Source: Marinicella sp. (lineage in GTDB: Bacteria; Pseudomonadota; Gammaproteobacteria; Xanthomonadales; Marinicellaceae). Taken from it: 64,000 bases of DNA. Each line of letters opens with the position of its first letter. Positions within the stretch are counted from its first letter, which is position 1. Of the stretch, positions 45,265 through 55,115 are shown one piece after another. The position numbers and the translations under genes are program-made. A model generated the notes under the pieces. The model worked only from the letters and a program-made list of their open reading frames with translations, searched no databases and had not been told where the DNA came from. Location: NCBI GenBank assembly GCA_028284365.1, contig JANQRW010000074.1, positions 12,886 through 76,885 of the forward strand. The letters run 5' to 3'.

Positions 45265-46113
45265 TTGATCAACATTCAAACCTGGCTGATTGAGCACAGC
45301 AATCAGTTGAACCAATTTAATAAACCAATCGACATAGGCGAGTTGCGTCAATTAATTGGTTTATTATTACAAAAAAACAACACCTGGCTATTCAGCCACC
45401 CTGAATACAAATTAAACCCCAAGCAACTATCACAACTCGAACACTGGAATCAACTGTTATTGAATGGATACCCTTTGGCCTACATCACAGGTAAGCAAAA
45501 TTTCTGGGATATGGAGTTGTCTGTTAATGAAGATACTTTGATCCCTCGCCCTGATACCGAAACCTTGCTTGAAGTCTGTATAGCGCTGTTTGAGAACCCA
45601 CCACAAGATGTTTTAGACTTAGGTACAGGTAGCGGTGCCATTGCCATTGCTCTGGCACGTATATTTGATCATGCCAATGTGCTGGGTGTGGATCTATCCA
45701 AGCCTGCTGTTGAAACAGCAATTAAAAATGCCAAATACAATCAGACCAACAATGTTAAGTTTTTAGTATCAGATTGGTTTTCGGCGGTGGTAGATAAAAA
45801 ATTTGATTTAATAGTAAGCAATCCACCTTATATCGCTGAAGACGATGAACATCTGGTGGCTTTGAAGTACGAGCCTGCTTCAGCCTTGATCGCAGCAAAT
45901 GATGGCTTGGCTAATTTCAAAGCCATCACATCTCAAGCTTTCATACAATTAAACCATACTGGCATCTTGGTGTTTGAACATGGCTGGCAACAAAAAGTGG
46001 CCGTACAGAACGTTTTGAAAGAAGCTGGCTTTAAAGATATCACAACAGTAAGGGACTTAGCAGGCCAAGATCGTGTCACTTTTGGCAAAAAACATGAAAT
46101 ATTGGGAAACTGA
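45265..46113 (+). CDS. prmC: peptide chain release factor N5-glutamine methyltransferase
   Basis: PLAYITG...FW.....V....LIPRPDTE, VLDLGTGSGAIAIALA, SNPPYI. Confidence 0.9.
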   Translation: MINIQTWLIEHSNQLNQFNKPIDIGELRQLIGLLLQKNNTWLFSHPEYKLNPKQLSQLEHWNQLLLNGYPLAYITGKQNFWDMELSVNEDTLIPRPDTETLLEVCIALFENPPQDVLDLGTGSGAIAIALARIFDHANVLGVDLSKPAVETAIKNAKYNQTNNVKFLVSDWFSAVVDKKFDLIVSNPPYIAEDDEHLVALKYEPASALIAANDGLANFKAITSQAFIQLNHTGILVFEHGWQQKVAVQNVLKEAGFKDITTVRDLAGQDRVTFGKKHEILGN

Positions 46114-46337
46114 TGCCTAGCGCCTGTCATAAACTAAGGCTTCGGCACAGCTGCTCAGCCAACGGCAAGTCGCGCACGGAGTGAAGCCGAAGTGTAAATC
46201 TATTGGATGCTTAAGCTGAGGAAACTTGAGGCACAGGTGTCAGTACATTTACAGTACAGAGATATAGGTGTTACGACTGCAAGAATGTAGGAAATAGAAT
46301 CGAAGCAGGAACAGAAGCCGGGGACCCAAGAAAACCC

Positions 46338-46652
46338 TTATATTTTAACTTTACCTGTTATGACCTGCCAAAACATCACCCAATCCCCCATAAAGCTGTA
46401 AAACGGGTATTGAAAAGTTGCTGGCCTGTTTTTTTCATAAAAAAAGTGTCCGATCCAAGCAAAACCGTAACCTATCAATGGTAACGACCACAATAACATA
46501 TACTGCTTTTTCAGCAATGCCACTATCAACACCAACAGTACCAATGCCGAACCAATGACATGTAAGCGACGACAGGTAATATCGCTGTGCTCAGCCAAAT
46601 AATAAGGGTAAAAATCTTTGAAAGATGTGAATTGTTGCGATTTATCATTCAT
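46338..46652 (-). CDS. DUF962 (Mpo1-like) membrane protein
   Basis: 104 aa. FKDFYPYYLAEHSD..CRRLH.IG and two TM helices. Confidence 0.7.
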   Translation of the reverse strand: MNDKSQQFTSFKDFYPYYLAEHSDITCRRLHVIGSALVLLVLIVALLKKQYMLLWSLPLIGYGFAWIGHFFYEKNRPATFQYPFYSFMGDWVMFWQVITGKVKI

Positions 46653-46715
46653 TTCATAAGTTTACCATAGACACCAATCCAGTTATAATCATTCACCTGT
46701 AAAATTGACACAGCC

Positions 46716-48524
46716 ATGATTTTTAGACTTAAAGCCATTAGATTCATACTTCTTGTTTTATTGTTAAGCAGCTGTCAGTCCGAGCAAAATCAAGATGAAA
46801 CCACCTCATCAGCCTCCACACCTGTGGAAAAAGTTTACCAACATTCAATTGATGGCAAGCCAACCAATTTAGACCCCATCAAAGCTTCTTCAATTTACAG
46901 CAACATGGTGGTGGTTAATATTTTTGACACCCTCTACAGTTACAAATACTTAGCTCGTCCTTATAAACTTAAACCCAATCTAGCCAAGGCAATGCCCTTG
47001 GTGAGTGATGATGGCTTAACTTATACCATTGAAATCAAGTCTGGGATTAAGTTCCATGATCATCCAGCTTTTAATGGCGGCTCTGGCAGAGAAGTGAAAG
47101 CCAACGACTTTGTCTACTCCATAAAAAGATCATTTGATCCCAAGAACTTGGCCAGTGGCGCGTGGCTGTGGCAAGATCGAATAGTTGGGTTAAATCAATG
47201 GAAGCAAAATGGTGCTAATTATGATGAACCCATTTCAGGTTTAAAGGCTTTGGATGATTACACCATTCAAATCAAAGTGTCCAAACCTTATCCACAATTA
47301 ACCTATTCCTTAGCTATGGGATTTTCAGCAATAACACCACGCGAAGTGGTTGAAGCATTGGGTGCTGAATTTGGCTCCAAACCAATCGGATCTGGTCCTT
47401 TTATCCTTGAGCAGTTCAATTCAGAGGCAGCTTATTTGATTCGCAACCCTGACTTTCGTCAAGAACCATTGGATTTGATCGCAGAAGGTTATGTAGCAGA
47501 ACAGCACCAAGGTTATGGCATTGACGCTTTATCCAACCAGTCACCACCATTTTTAAACCGCTTGGAAATCCACTTCATCAACGAATCTGCATCACGTTGG
47601 CAATCGTTCACTAAGGGCAATGAAATCCAATACACCACCGTACCAAAAGACAAACAAAACACCGTGTTATTAAGCAAAGACCCAATTAAACTGCATCCTA
47701 AAATAACCAGTGATTACCATCACAGTTATGGTATGGAAGCAGGTTTTGTCTATCATGGTTTTAACATGGCTGATTCAACTTTTGGTTATGCTGACGACCC
47801 CAAAAAAAATGCTGAGAACCACGCATTACGCTGCGCCATTCGACAAGCCCACAACTGGGAGCAAAAAAACCGGGCTTTCTATTTTGGCTTAGGTAAAATT
47901 TTTCCAGGCATCATACCACCAGCAGTTCCTGAGTATGATACAAACCTATCAAGACAAAGCGTACAAACAAACGTAGCAGCAGCCAAATTGCTATTGGCTG
48001 AATATGGTTGGAATCAGCAGAACCTGCCGGTGTTTGAATATCATGTCACTGGTAGCGTATTGCAAAAACAGTTTTTTGAACAAATGCGTGGTTTTTTAAA
48101 TCAAATAGATTACCCAAACAACCTCATCAAATACCAGCCCTATCCGAGCTTTGGTAACTACAATCAAGCCCTTCAAAACCGTCAAGCACCTTTTTTCTTT
48201 CTGGGTTGGACTCTGGATTACCCCGATGCAGAAAATACACTGCAACTATTTTATGGGCCAAACCAAACCCCAGGTTCTAACAACTTCAATTACCAGAATC
48301 CAGAATTCGATGCCTTGTTCGAACAATCAAGCAGTATGCAACCATCACCTGAAAGAACAGCACTGTACCAACAAATGAATCAAATGGTGATTGATGACTG
48401 TGTGGTCATCTCAGGTTTATCCCGCAAGAAAATTCACCTTTGGCACAAAAATGTGATTACTTATCCTGACCGCGAAATTGTCGGTGGCTTTCATTTGCGT
48501 TATGTCGATGTGACCAATGAATAA
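46716..48524 (+). CDS. ABC transporter substrate-binding lipoprotein, peptide/nickel (family 5) type
   Basis: Lipobox LLSSC. 602 aa with family-5 SBP patterns (..NLDP........V..IFD.L, GSGPF). Confidence 0.8.
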   Translation: MIFRLKAIRFILLVLLLSSCQSEQNQDETTSSASTPVEKVYQHSIDGKPTNLDPIKASSIYSNMVVVNIFDTLYSYKYLARPYKLKPNLAKAMPLVSDDGLTYTIEIKSGIKFHDHPAFNGGSGREVKANDFVYSIKRSFDPKNLASGAWLWQDRIVGLNQWKQNGANYDEPISGLKALDDYTIQIKVSKPYPQLTYSLAMGFSAITPREVVEALGAEFGSKPIGSGPFILEQFNSEAAYLIRNPDFRQEPLDLIAEGYVAEQHQGYGIDALSNQSPPFLNRLEIHFINESASRWQSFTKGNEIQYTTVPKDKQNTVLLSKDPIKLHPKITSDYHHSYGMEAGFVYHGFNMADSTFGYADDPKKNAENHALRCAIRQAHNWEQKNRAFYFGLGKIFPGIIPPAVPEYDTNLSRQSVQTNVAAAKLLLAEYGWNQQNLPVFEYHVTGSVLQKQFFEQMRGFLNQIDYPNNLIKYQPYPSFGNYNQALQNRQAPFFFLGWTLDYPDAENTLQLFYGPNQTPGSNNFNYQNPEFDALFEQSSSMQPSPERTALYQQMNQMVIDDCVVISGLSRKKIHLWHKNVITYPDREIVGGFHLRYVDVTNE

Positions 48525-49494
48525 CTGGGCTTTCGCCTTACAAAAATTATTAAGCGGTATTCCCTTATTATTTGGGGTCAGTTTGGTTTCGTTTATCCTC
48601 ATGGTCTATTTTGGACCTGATTTAACTTATGAGCTTCTAGGCAAAAACCCAACACCAGAAGCCATAGAAGAAGTCAGACAGAGCCTTGGCTATGATCAAC
48701 CATTTTGGCAACGTTACTTGGTCTACGTTAAAGAGTTGGTTACCTTTGATTTTGGTGTATCGATGGTCAAAGATCGATCCGTAACTGATATGTTAACCTC
48801 ATCAATCCCCGTTTCACTACAATTGACCCTACCAGGATTTATCATCGGTAATTTATTAGCCATATCATTGGCCATCTTTGCAATACAAAACCGTGGCAAT
48901 TGGCTCGATAAAATAATAATGACACTTTCTGTGATTGGGATGAGCATTTCATTTTTGGTTATCATTATTGGTTGCCAATTGATTTTTTCATCCAGTTATG
49001 GCTTAGATTGGTTCCCTGTTAGGGGTTGGCAGGTATATGACTCAAATGGACATTTCAATTGGTTGTCGTATCTTGATTATGTCACAGTACCAACACTGGC
49101 ATTGATTTTCATTTCATTGGGCTATAACACCCGCTTTTACCGCGCTGTGCTGGCCGAAGAAATGAGCAAAGATCACATCAAGACCGCGCATGCTTATGGA
49201 CACAGTAAGAATAAAATCTGCTACCAGTTTTTATTAAAGAATGCCATGGTTCCTATCATCACGCGCATCATGTTTTCAATTCCTATGGTGATTATTAGTG
49301 GCTCATTGCTATTAGAAAGTTATTTCGGCATTCCAGGCGTTGGCTTAGTCACATATGATGCCATCGTAGCAGGCGACCAACCTGTACTAAAAGCCATAGT
49401 AGGTTTAACCGCTGCCTTGTTTGTGTTGATGTTAATTTTTGCAGAGCTGCTCTATCGTGTCTTTGACCCAAGAATCAATTCAGAATCAGCATGA
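48517..49494 (+). CDS. ABC transporter permease (DppB/OppB-like)
   Basis: 325 aa, six TM helices, an EAA-type loop (..YNTRFYRAVLAEEMSKDHIKTAHAYG) and a C-terminus ..VFDPRI. Confidence 0.85.
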   Translation: MNNWAFALQKLLSGIPLLFGVSLVSFILMVYFGPDLTYELLGKNPTPEAIEEVRQSLGYDQPFWQRYLVYVKELVTFDFGVSMVKDRSVTDMLTSSIPVSLQLTLPGFIIGNLLAISLAIFAIQNRGNWLDKIIMTLSVIGMSISFLVIIIGCQLIFSSSYGLDWFPVRGWQVYDSNGHFNWLSYLDYVTVPTLALIFISLGYNTRFYRAVLAEEMSKDHIKTAHAYGHSKNKICYQFLLKNAMVPIITRIMFSIPMVIISGSLLLESYFGIPGVGLVTYDAIVAGDQPVLKAIVGLTAALFVLMLIFAELLYRVFDPRINSESA

Positions 49495-50381
49495 GCACTC
49501 AACTACTCAACACGCAGTCAAATCATAGTTTGTGGCAAGAGTCATGGCAAAAATTCAAGCATGACCATTGGGGGTTTTGGGGTCTGGCCATTGTAGTTGC
49601 TTACTTTTTAACTGCCATTGGTGTGTGGTTGGGTTTATGGGGCACTGACTGGAGCAGTATTTCTACAGATTTTAATCATCCGCCATCTGCCAAACACTGG
49701 TTTGGTACCAATGCCATAGGCCAGGATGTGGCCGAACGTGGTATTTATGCCACCAAGGTGGCGTTTGAGGTTGGTGTTGTGGTAACCGTATTTTCAGTTT
49801 TTCTTGGTGTATTTTTGGGTGCCTTAGCGGGTCTTTATGAAAACACTTGGCTGGACGCAATTTTATTGTGGCTGATGGGAGTGATCGATTCAATACCATT
49901 TTACCTGTTGGTAGCAGCAGTGGCCTACGCCATGAGCGGGCACCAACTGGCCATGCATCTTGCTATGATTATGGTATTTTGGACCACCACAGCACGCATC
50001 ATTCGTGCAGAAGTAATTAAACTCCATCGACAAGAATTCGTGGAAGCTGCTCATGCCACAGGTATTGGCGGTTGGCGAACCCTGTTTCGACACATCATCC
50101 CCAATACCAATCATTTGATCATCATTCAAGCCACATTGATTTTTGTCTCCGCCATTAAAACTGAAGTTATCTTGAGCTTTTTGGGGCTCGGCATCAAAGA
50201 AGGCATCAGTTGGGGCTTGATGATTGCTGAATCAACCAATGACATTCAAGCAGGGTATTTCAATAACTTTTTGGCAGCTTCCTTATTATTGTTTATACTC
50301 GTTATTGGCTTTAACTTATTTTCTGATGCACTACAGGATGCACTTGATCCTAAAATAAACCTATCACATGAAAAAAACTAA
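49491..50381 (+). CDS. ABC transporter permease (DppC/OppC-like)
   Basis: 296 aa. HWFGTNAIGQDV motif, EAA-type loop (ARIIRAEVIKLHRQEFVEAAHATG) and C-terminus ..DALDPK. Confidence 0.85.
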   Translation: MSTQLLNTQSNHSLWQESWQKFKHDHWGFWGLAIVVAYFLTAIGVWLGLWGTDWSSISTDFNHPPSAKHWFGTNAIGQDVAERGIYATKVAFEVGVVVTVFSVFLGVFLGALAGLYENTWLDAILLWLMGVIDSIPFYLLVAAVAYAMSGHQLAMHLAMIMVFWTTTARIIRAEVIKLHRQEFVEAAHATGIGGWRTLFRHIIPNTNHLIIIQATLIFVSAIKTEVILSFLGLGIKEGISWGLMIAESTNDIQAGYFNNFLAASLLLFILVIGFNLFSDALQDALDPKINLSHEKN

Positions 50382-50823
50382 CTACTTACATATCACCTTA
50401 ATCACATTTTGTTTTATCACATTACAAGCATGTGGACCTTCCATTCCCAGAACAGAATTAAGCGATCTACCACCCTTAATAGAAATTGTTTCCTTAAACC
50501 TATCAGAACAACAATTAAAACTACGGGTTTCACATCGCAATAAGATCACCCGCAAAGATAACCAACTCAGCTGCCAGTTAGCCCTCAAAGACTTCATCCC
50601 CATAAAGTTCAATCGGGTGACTTTGCCGGACATGACTACTTACGCTAAAGAAACCATTGACATCAAATTAGATCAAACGAACCTGCCAAAAGTCGACAAA
50701 CAACAAAAAGGATTACCTTATGTTTTAGACTGTTACATCTTCTCTGAAAACTTCCGTGATGAACAAATCATCAAAAAAGCCAGCCTCTTTAAAGTACCTG
50801 GTATCAGCGGAGAATACAGATAA
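50368..50823 (+). CDS. small lipoprotein of unknown function
   Basis: Lipobox TLQAC. 151 aa. Overlaps the permease gene by 14 nt. Confidence 0.6.
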   Translation: MKKTNYLHITLITFCFITLQACGPSIPRTELSDLPPLIEIVSLNLSEQQLKLRVSHRNKITRKDNQLSCQLALKDFIPIKFNRVTLPDMTTYAKETIDIKLDQTNLPKVDKQQKGLPYVLDCYIFSENFRDEQIIKKASLFKVPGISGEYR

Positions 50824-50852
50824 TGACTGGGTTAACATGACTTTTGACATAC

Positions 50853-50882
50853 TTGACTATTTTAGTAGTGTTGTAGTATAGT
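50853..50882 (+). promoter_or_regulatory. candidate sigma-70 promoter with an overlapping inverted repeat (possible YtrA operator)
   Basis: TTGACT (50853-50858), 18-nt spacer, TATAGT (50877-50882). GTGTT..N12..AACAC spans the -10 region. Confidence 0.4.
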
Positions 50883-50914
50883 AAAACACCTAAGGTAAAT
50901 AATTTAAGTGTATC

Positions 50915-51121
50915 ATGAGTCAATTCAAACAAAACATACTGGTTGTAGCGATATTGTTTTTGTCTTTGCTTTCTTCAGTGGCATTAAGTTACGCCATCAC
51001 ACCAAGCGAGCCAACAATAAATGAAAACAATCCAATTGAACAAGTTATAAAAGATAAAAAAAAGTCTGCAAAGACACTGAACCAAACAATGATAATCTTA
51101 TTACCTAAGGTGGCTGGTTAA
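50915..51121 (+). CDS. small secreted/membrane protein (68 aa)
   Basis: N-terminal hydrophobic segment ILVVAILFLSLLSSVALSYA. The stop lies 2 nt before the GntR gene start. Confidence 0.45.
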   Translation: MSQFKQNILVVAILFLSLLSSVALSYAITPSEPTINENNPIEQVIKDKKKSAKTLNQTMIILLPKVAG

Positions 51122-51123
51122 TT

Positions 51124-51495
51124 ATGAGTTTCCAATGGAATGACAAGGAACCTATCTATTTGCAATTGAAAGATCAGATCAGAGACATGATACTGTCTGG
51201 TGATTTGCAGGAAGGTGATGCGCTACCATCTGTCAGGCAAGTCGCTATGGACTACAAGGTCAACCCCATAACCGTTTCAAAATCCTACCAGATATTGGTA
51301 GAAGAGGAACTGGTTGAGAAGAAACGTGGACTTGGCATGTTTGTCCAAGAAGGTGCTGCAAAAAAACTACAATTCAATGAAAATGAACAATTTATCAATG
51401 AAGATTGGCCTAAAATACTCACTAAAATAAAACATTTGAATGTGGACACCAACCAATTAATTAACTCGTTAAAAGAAATCGGGAGTAATCAATGA
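51124..51495 (+). CDS. GntR-family transcriptional regulator, YtrA subfamily
   Basis: 123 aa. PIYLQLKDQIRDMILSG.L..GD.LPSVRQVA....VNPITVSKSYQ.L. A short C-terminus is typical of YtrA. Confidence 0.85.
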   Translation: MSFQWNDKEPIYLQLKDQIRDMILSGDLQEGDALPSVRQVAMDYKVNPITVSKSYQILVEEELVEKKRGLGMFVQEGAAKKLQFNENEQFINEDWPKILTKIKHLNVDTNQLINSLKEIGSNQ

Positions 51496-52349
51496 GTCAA
51501 ATATTAACCGCAAGTAACGTCAATAAGAAATTTGGCAGCTTTCAAGCACTTAGAGACGTTAACATCAGTATTGACAAAGGCAAAATTGTGGGCTTGATTG
51601 GCCCTAATGGTGCAGGTAAAACCACCTTATTAAAGTCTGTTTTAGGTCTGGATTCTTGCGATGGTGATTTGCGGGTATTAGGCATTGACCCATTTAAAAA
51701 GCGTGATGAATTGATGAAAGAAATCTGTTTCATTGCTGATGTAGCAGTTTTACCTAAATGGATTAAAGTATCACAATTATTAAAATTCACTGAAGAAACC
51801 CATCCAAATTTCTCAATCGAACAAGCCAAAGCGTTTTTGAGTAAAACCAAGGTTAATATGGAGCATAAAGTTAAGGAGTTGTCCAAAGGCATGACTGCAC
51901 AATTACACTTGGCCATAGTGATGTCAATTGATGCCAAGTTGCTGGTCTTGGATGAACCAACCTTGGGCCTGGATATCCTGTTCAGAAAAAAGTTTTATGA
52001 TAATTTACTGAATGATTATTTTGATAATGAAAGAACCATTATTATTACCACACATCAGGTTGAGGAGATCGAACATATCCTCACTGACGTGGTCTTTATT
52101 CGAGAAGGTGAAATCGTGTTAGACGCCAATATGGAGGAACTCAATGAAAGTTATTTTGAAGTGATGGTAAATCAGGAAAATTTTGAAGAAGCCATGAATC
52201 ATAAGCCTTTAACCATTCGTAAAGTTTTTGGCAAACATATCATGTTGTTCAAATCAACTTCACGCGACGTGATAGAGACTTTGGGTGAAGTACAACGACC
52301 TTCGGTATCTGACTTATTTGTGGCATTGATGCAGGAGGAGGAAGTATGA
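51492..52349 (+). CDS. ABC transporter ATP-binding protein (ABC-2 type)
   Basis: Walker A GPNGAGKTT, signature LSKGMTAQ, Walker B LLVLDEP. Confidence 0.88.
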   Translation: MSQILTASNVNKKFGSFQALRDVNISIDKGKIVGLIGPNGAGKTTLLKSVLGLDSCDGDLRVLGIDPFKKRDELMKEICFIADVAVLPKWIKVSQLLKFTEETHPNFSIEQAKAFLSKTKVNMEHKVKELSKGMTAQLHLAIVMSIDAKLLVLDEPTLGLDILFRKKFYDNLLNDYFDNERTIIITTHQVEEIEHILTDVVFIREGEIVLDANMEELNESYFEVMVNQENFEEAMNHKPLTIRKVFGKHIMLFKSTSRDVIETLGEVQRPSVSDLFVALMQEEEV

Positions 52350-53296
52350 AAACATTCAAAGCATTGTTGGTGAGAGAATATTGGGAACATCGAGGTGCAT
52401 TTTTAAAGACACCACTGGTGATTGGTATCGTGATGTCAGTGGTATTGATATTGTTTTACCTCACCACAGACCGCTTCGCCGTGAAAATGAATGGTGGTGA
52501 ATTGACAGACTTTGGCGCCAAGTCTATAGGCAGTGTAGACCCTGCAAACATACAATTTGGCATTGATGTGTTTATGTTAGGCAGTGCTTCTTTGTATCAT
52601 TTTGTCCTGTTCTTCGTGCTGTTTTTCTTTATACTGGGCAGCCTTTATGATGACCGCAAAGATGGCAGCATTCTGTTTTGGAAATCATTACCAATATCTG
52701 ATACACAAACAGTGTTATCCAAATTAGCAACGGCAACGATTGTTGCTCCTTTGATATTCGTAGGTGGTTTAATTGTCAGTCATTTGTTGTTCTTTGTAAT
52801 ACTTAGCTTGATCTTACTGCTATATGGAATCAACCCTTTCACAGTTTTGTGGGCTAATGTTAACTACATTAATAATTGGGGTGCATTCTTAATCGGTTGT
52901 ATGATGCAAGCATTGTGGTTATTGCCTGTTTATGGTTGGTTTTTATTCGCCTCATCATTCTCAAAACGCAGACCATTTCTACTGGCTGTCTTTGTACCGG
53001 TAATGGTAGGTTTTATATGGTACTGGTACAATGCATTGGTCAACTTTAATGTTTTACAAGTAGGTGTATTTAAAACCATTGGCATATATCTTGCTAAAGG
53101 TTTTTCACCATTTACTTCCGGTTTAGGCTTCAGCACAGAATCATTGGATTTTAACCCCACTGAGCAAACAGGTATCGAGGTCATATCATCAATGATGAAT
53201 GGTTTTACTAATCCCAGTTTGTATTACGGTATTGTATTTGGTGCGGTCATGGTAGGTGTTGCCATTTATGTGAGACGCTATAGAAATACGACTTGA
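52346..53296 (+). CDS. ABC-2-type transporter permease
   Basis: 316 aa and about six TM helices. Overlaps the ATPase gene by 4 nt. Confidence 0.7.
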   Translation: MKTFKALLVREYWEHRGAFLKTPLVIGIVMSVVLILFYLTTDRFAVKMNGGELTDFGAKSIGSVDPANIQFGIDVFMLGSASLYHFVLFFVLFFFILGSLYDDRKDGSILFWKSLPISDTQTVLSKLATATIVAPLIFVGGLIVSHLLFFVILSLILLLYGINPFTVLWANVNYINNWGAFLIGCMMQALWLLPVYGWFLFASSFSKRRPFLLAVFVPVMVGFIWYWYNALVNFNVLQVGVFKTIGIYLAKGFSPFTSGLGFSTESLDFNPTEQTGIEVISSMMNGFTNPSLYYGIVFGAVMVGVAIYVRRYRNTT

Positions 53297-53360
53297 TTTA
53301 TCAGGTTATCAGACCACTTAACCTGCGGTCTCAACTTTGGTACAATAACCCCAACTCATA

Positions 53361-53394
53361 ACGGCCTGATAGACTCATGGCCGTTTTTATTTTG
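53361..53394 (+). terminator. intrinsic terminator after the ABC-2 operon, immediately upstream of metX
   Basis: ACGGCC-N12-GGCCGT followed by TTTTTATTTT. It ends 9 nt before the metX start codon. Confidence 0.5.
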
Positions 53395-53402
53395 GGAACA
53401 CA

Positions 53403-54497
53403 ATGGCCAATTACCTCGAACTATTTCAAATTCCAAACAGCTTCAAATTTCACCGTGGTGGATATATTGAGCAAGGCATTTTGGCATATGAAACATGGGG
53501 CGAATTAAATGCTGATAAAAGTAATGCAATCTTAATTTTAACTGGCTTATCAGCTGACTCACATGCGGCACGTCATTCTCAAAATGATACCGCCGGCTGG
53601 TGGGAGTACATGATTGGTTCTGGTAAAGCCATCGATACCGATCAATGGTTTGTGGTTTGTGCCAGTTCACTAGGCAGTTGCAAAGGTTCAACTGGCCCAT
53701 GTTCACCCAACCCACAAACCGGGCAACCTTACCGTTTTGATTTTCCAGATTTAACTTTGGAAGACATTGCCAATTCAACCAAATTGCTGTGCGAATCCAT
53801 CGGCATCAAACAACTACACGCAATGGTTGGCCCTTCTATGGGCGGTATGAGCGCTTTAGCACTTCTACTCAACCACAAAAACTATACCAGACACTTGATT
53901 CATATTGCATCAGGCATGGCTTCTCCCCCATTCAGTACCGCTATCCGATCATTACAAAGAGAAGCCATCTTGAAAGATGAGAACTTCAACAAAGGTTTTT
54001 ATTCGACAAACAATTGGCCAGAAGAAGGAATGAAGTTTGCCAGAAAAATTGGTATGCTCAGTTATCGCTCGGCCACCGAATGGCGAGACCGGTTCCCCAG
54101 ATCGCTCAAACAGATACCAGAGCATGCTTTTGGTATTGAGTTTCCGGTAGAAAGCTATTTGGAACATCATGCCAATCAATTCATCCACAAGTTTGACCCA
54201 ATCAGTTATTTGTATTTATCAAGAGCCATGGATTGGTTTAATGGTGAAAGTTATGCAACAGCCAAGGATAAAAACCCTTTGGCTGACGTTACTTTAAAAT
54301 CAGCTTTGATCGTTGGCGCACACACAGATCTTCTGTTTCCAATTGAGTTACAAGAGGAATTATTTGAGTTACTGAACGACAGTGGATGTGACAGCACCTT
54401 AACGATTACTGACTCCATCCAGGGGCATGATGCATTTTTAGTGGATCAAACAGTATTTTCAGATTTAGTTGGCAATTACTTAAATCAAACCGTATGA
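53403..54497 (+). CDS. metX: homoserine O-acyltransferase (MetX family)
   Basis: 364 aa. G..L......AYETWG.LN....NAIL, alpha/beta-hydrolase nucleophile GPSMGGM, and a C-terminal ..GHDAFL. Confidence 0.88.
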   Translation: MANYLELFQIPNSFKFHRGGYIEQGILAYETWGELNADKSNAILILTGLSADSHAARHSQNDTAGWWEYMIGSGKAIDTDQWFVVCASSLGSCKGSTGPCSPNPQTGQPYRFDFPDLTLEDIANSTKLLCESIGIKQLHAMVGPSMGGMSALALLLNHKNYTRHLIHIASGMASPPFSTAIRSLQREAILKDENFNKGFYSTNNWPEEGMKFARKIGMLSYRSATEWRDRFPRSLKQIPEHAFGIEFPVESYLEHHANQFIHKFDPISYLYLSRAMDWFNGESYATAKDKNPLADVTLKSALIVGAHTDLLFPIELQEELFELLNDSGCDSTLTITDSIQGHDAFLVDQTVFSDLVGNYLNQTV

Positions 54498-55048
54498 ATG
54501 TTTTTCATGGCCCGATCCCAATCTCCCTTGATGAGGTTATCGGTTTCATTGACACATTTTTCTATACAGCGTTCAATTTCAATGCTGTCATTCAAAGAGG
54601 GGCGGCTTAAAACCCACGGCGTGACCTTAGATTTATCACCTGGGTGACCAATACCAATTCTAAGTCGCTTAAATCCTGCGCCCAAACCAGGAATGATATC
54701 ACGCAAACCATTATGGCCACCGTGTCCTCCTCCTCGTTTTAGTTTTGCGGTGCCTGCGGGGATATCCAATTCATCATAGGCAACCAATATTTCATCAACG
54801 GGTATGCGATAAAAATTAACAAAAGGAATTACGCTTTGACCAGAGCAATTCATAAACGTTTGTGGCTTAACCAACCACAATTTTTGCCCCATATAATTAA
54901 CAGTAGCAACTTCCGCCTTGAATTTTTTTTCAGTTTTGAATAAAACGTTGTGACATGATGCCAATGCATCAACATACCAAAAACCAGCATTATGCCGAGT
55001 ATGTTGGTATTTTTCTCCGGGGTTTCCTAAGCCAAAGATGACTTGCAT
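54485..55048 (-). CDS. pth: peptidyl-tRNA hydrolase
   Basis: FGLGNPG.KY..TRHNAGF, GHGGHNG(L)RD. 187 aa. The 3' end overlaps metX by 13 nt (convergent). Confidence 0.93.
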   Translation of the reverse strand: MQVIFGLGNPGEKYQHTRHNAGFWYVDALASCHNVLFKTEKKFKAEVATVNYMGQKLWLVKPQTFMNCSGQSVIPFVNFYRIPVDEILVAYDELDIPAGTAKLKRGGGHGGHNGLRDIIPGLGAGFKRLRIGIGHPGDKSKVTPWVLSRPSLNDSIEIERCIEKCVNETDNLIKGDWDRAMKNIHTV

Positions 55049-55115
55049 GGTGTGAATCTTTAAGATAAGTCAGAGAAAATGATAAACCATTCCCTCTGAC
55101 TTGAGCAATTTAAGA

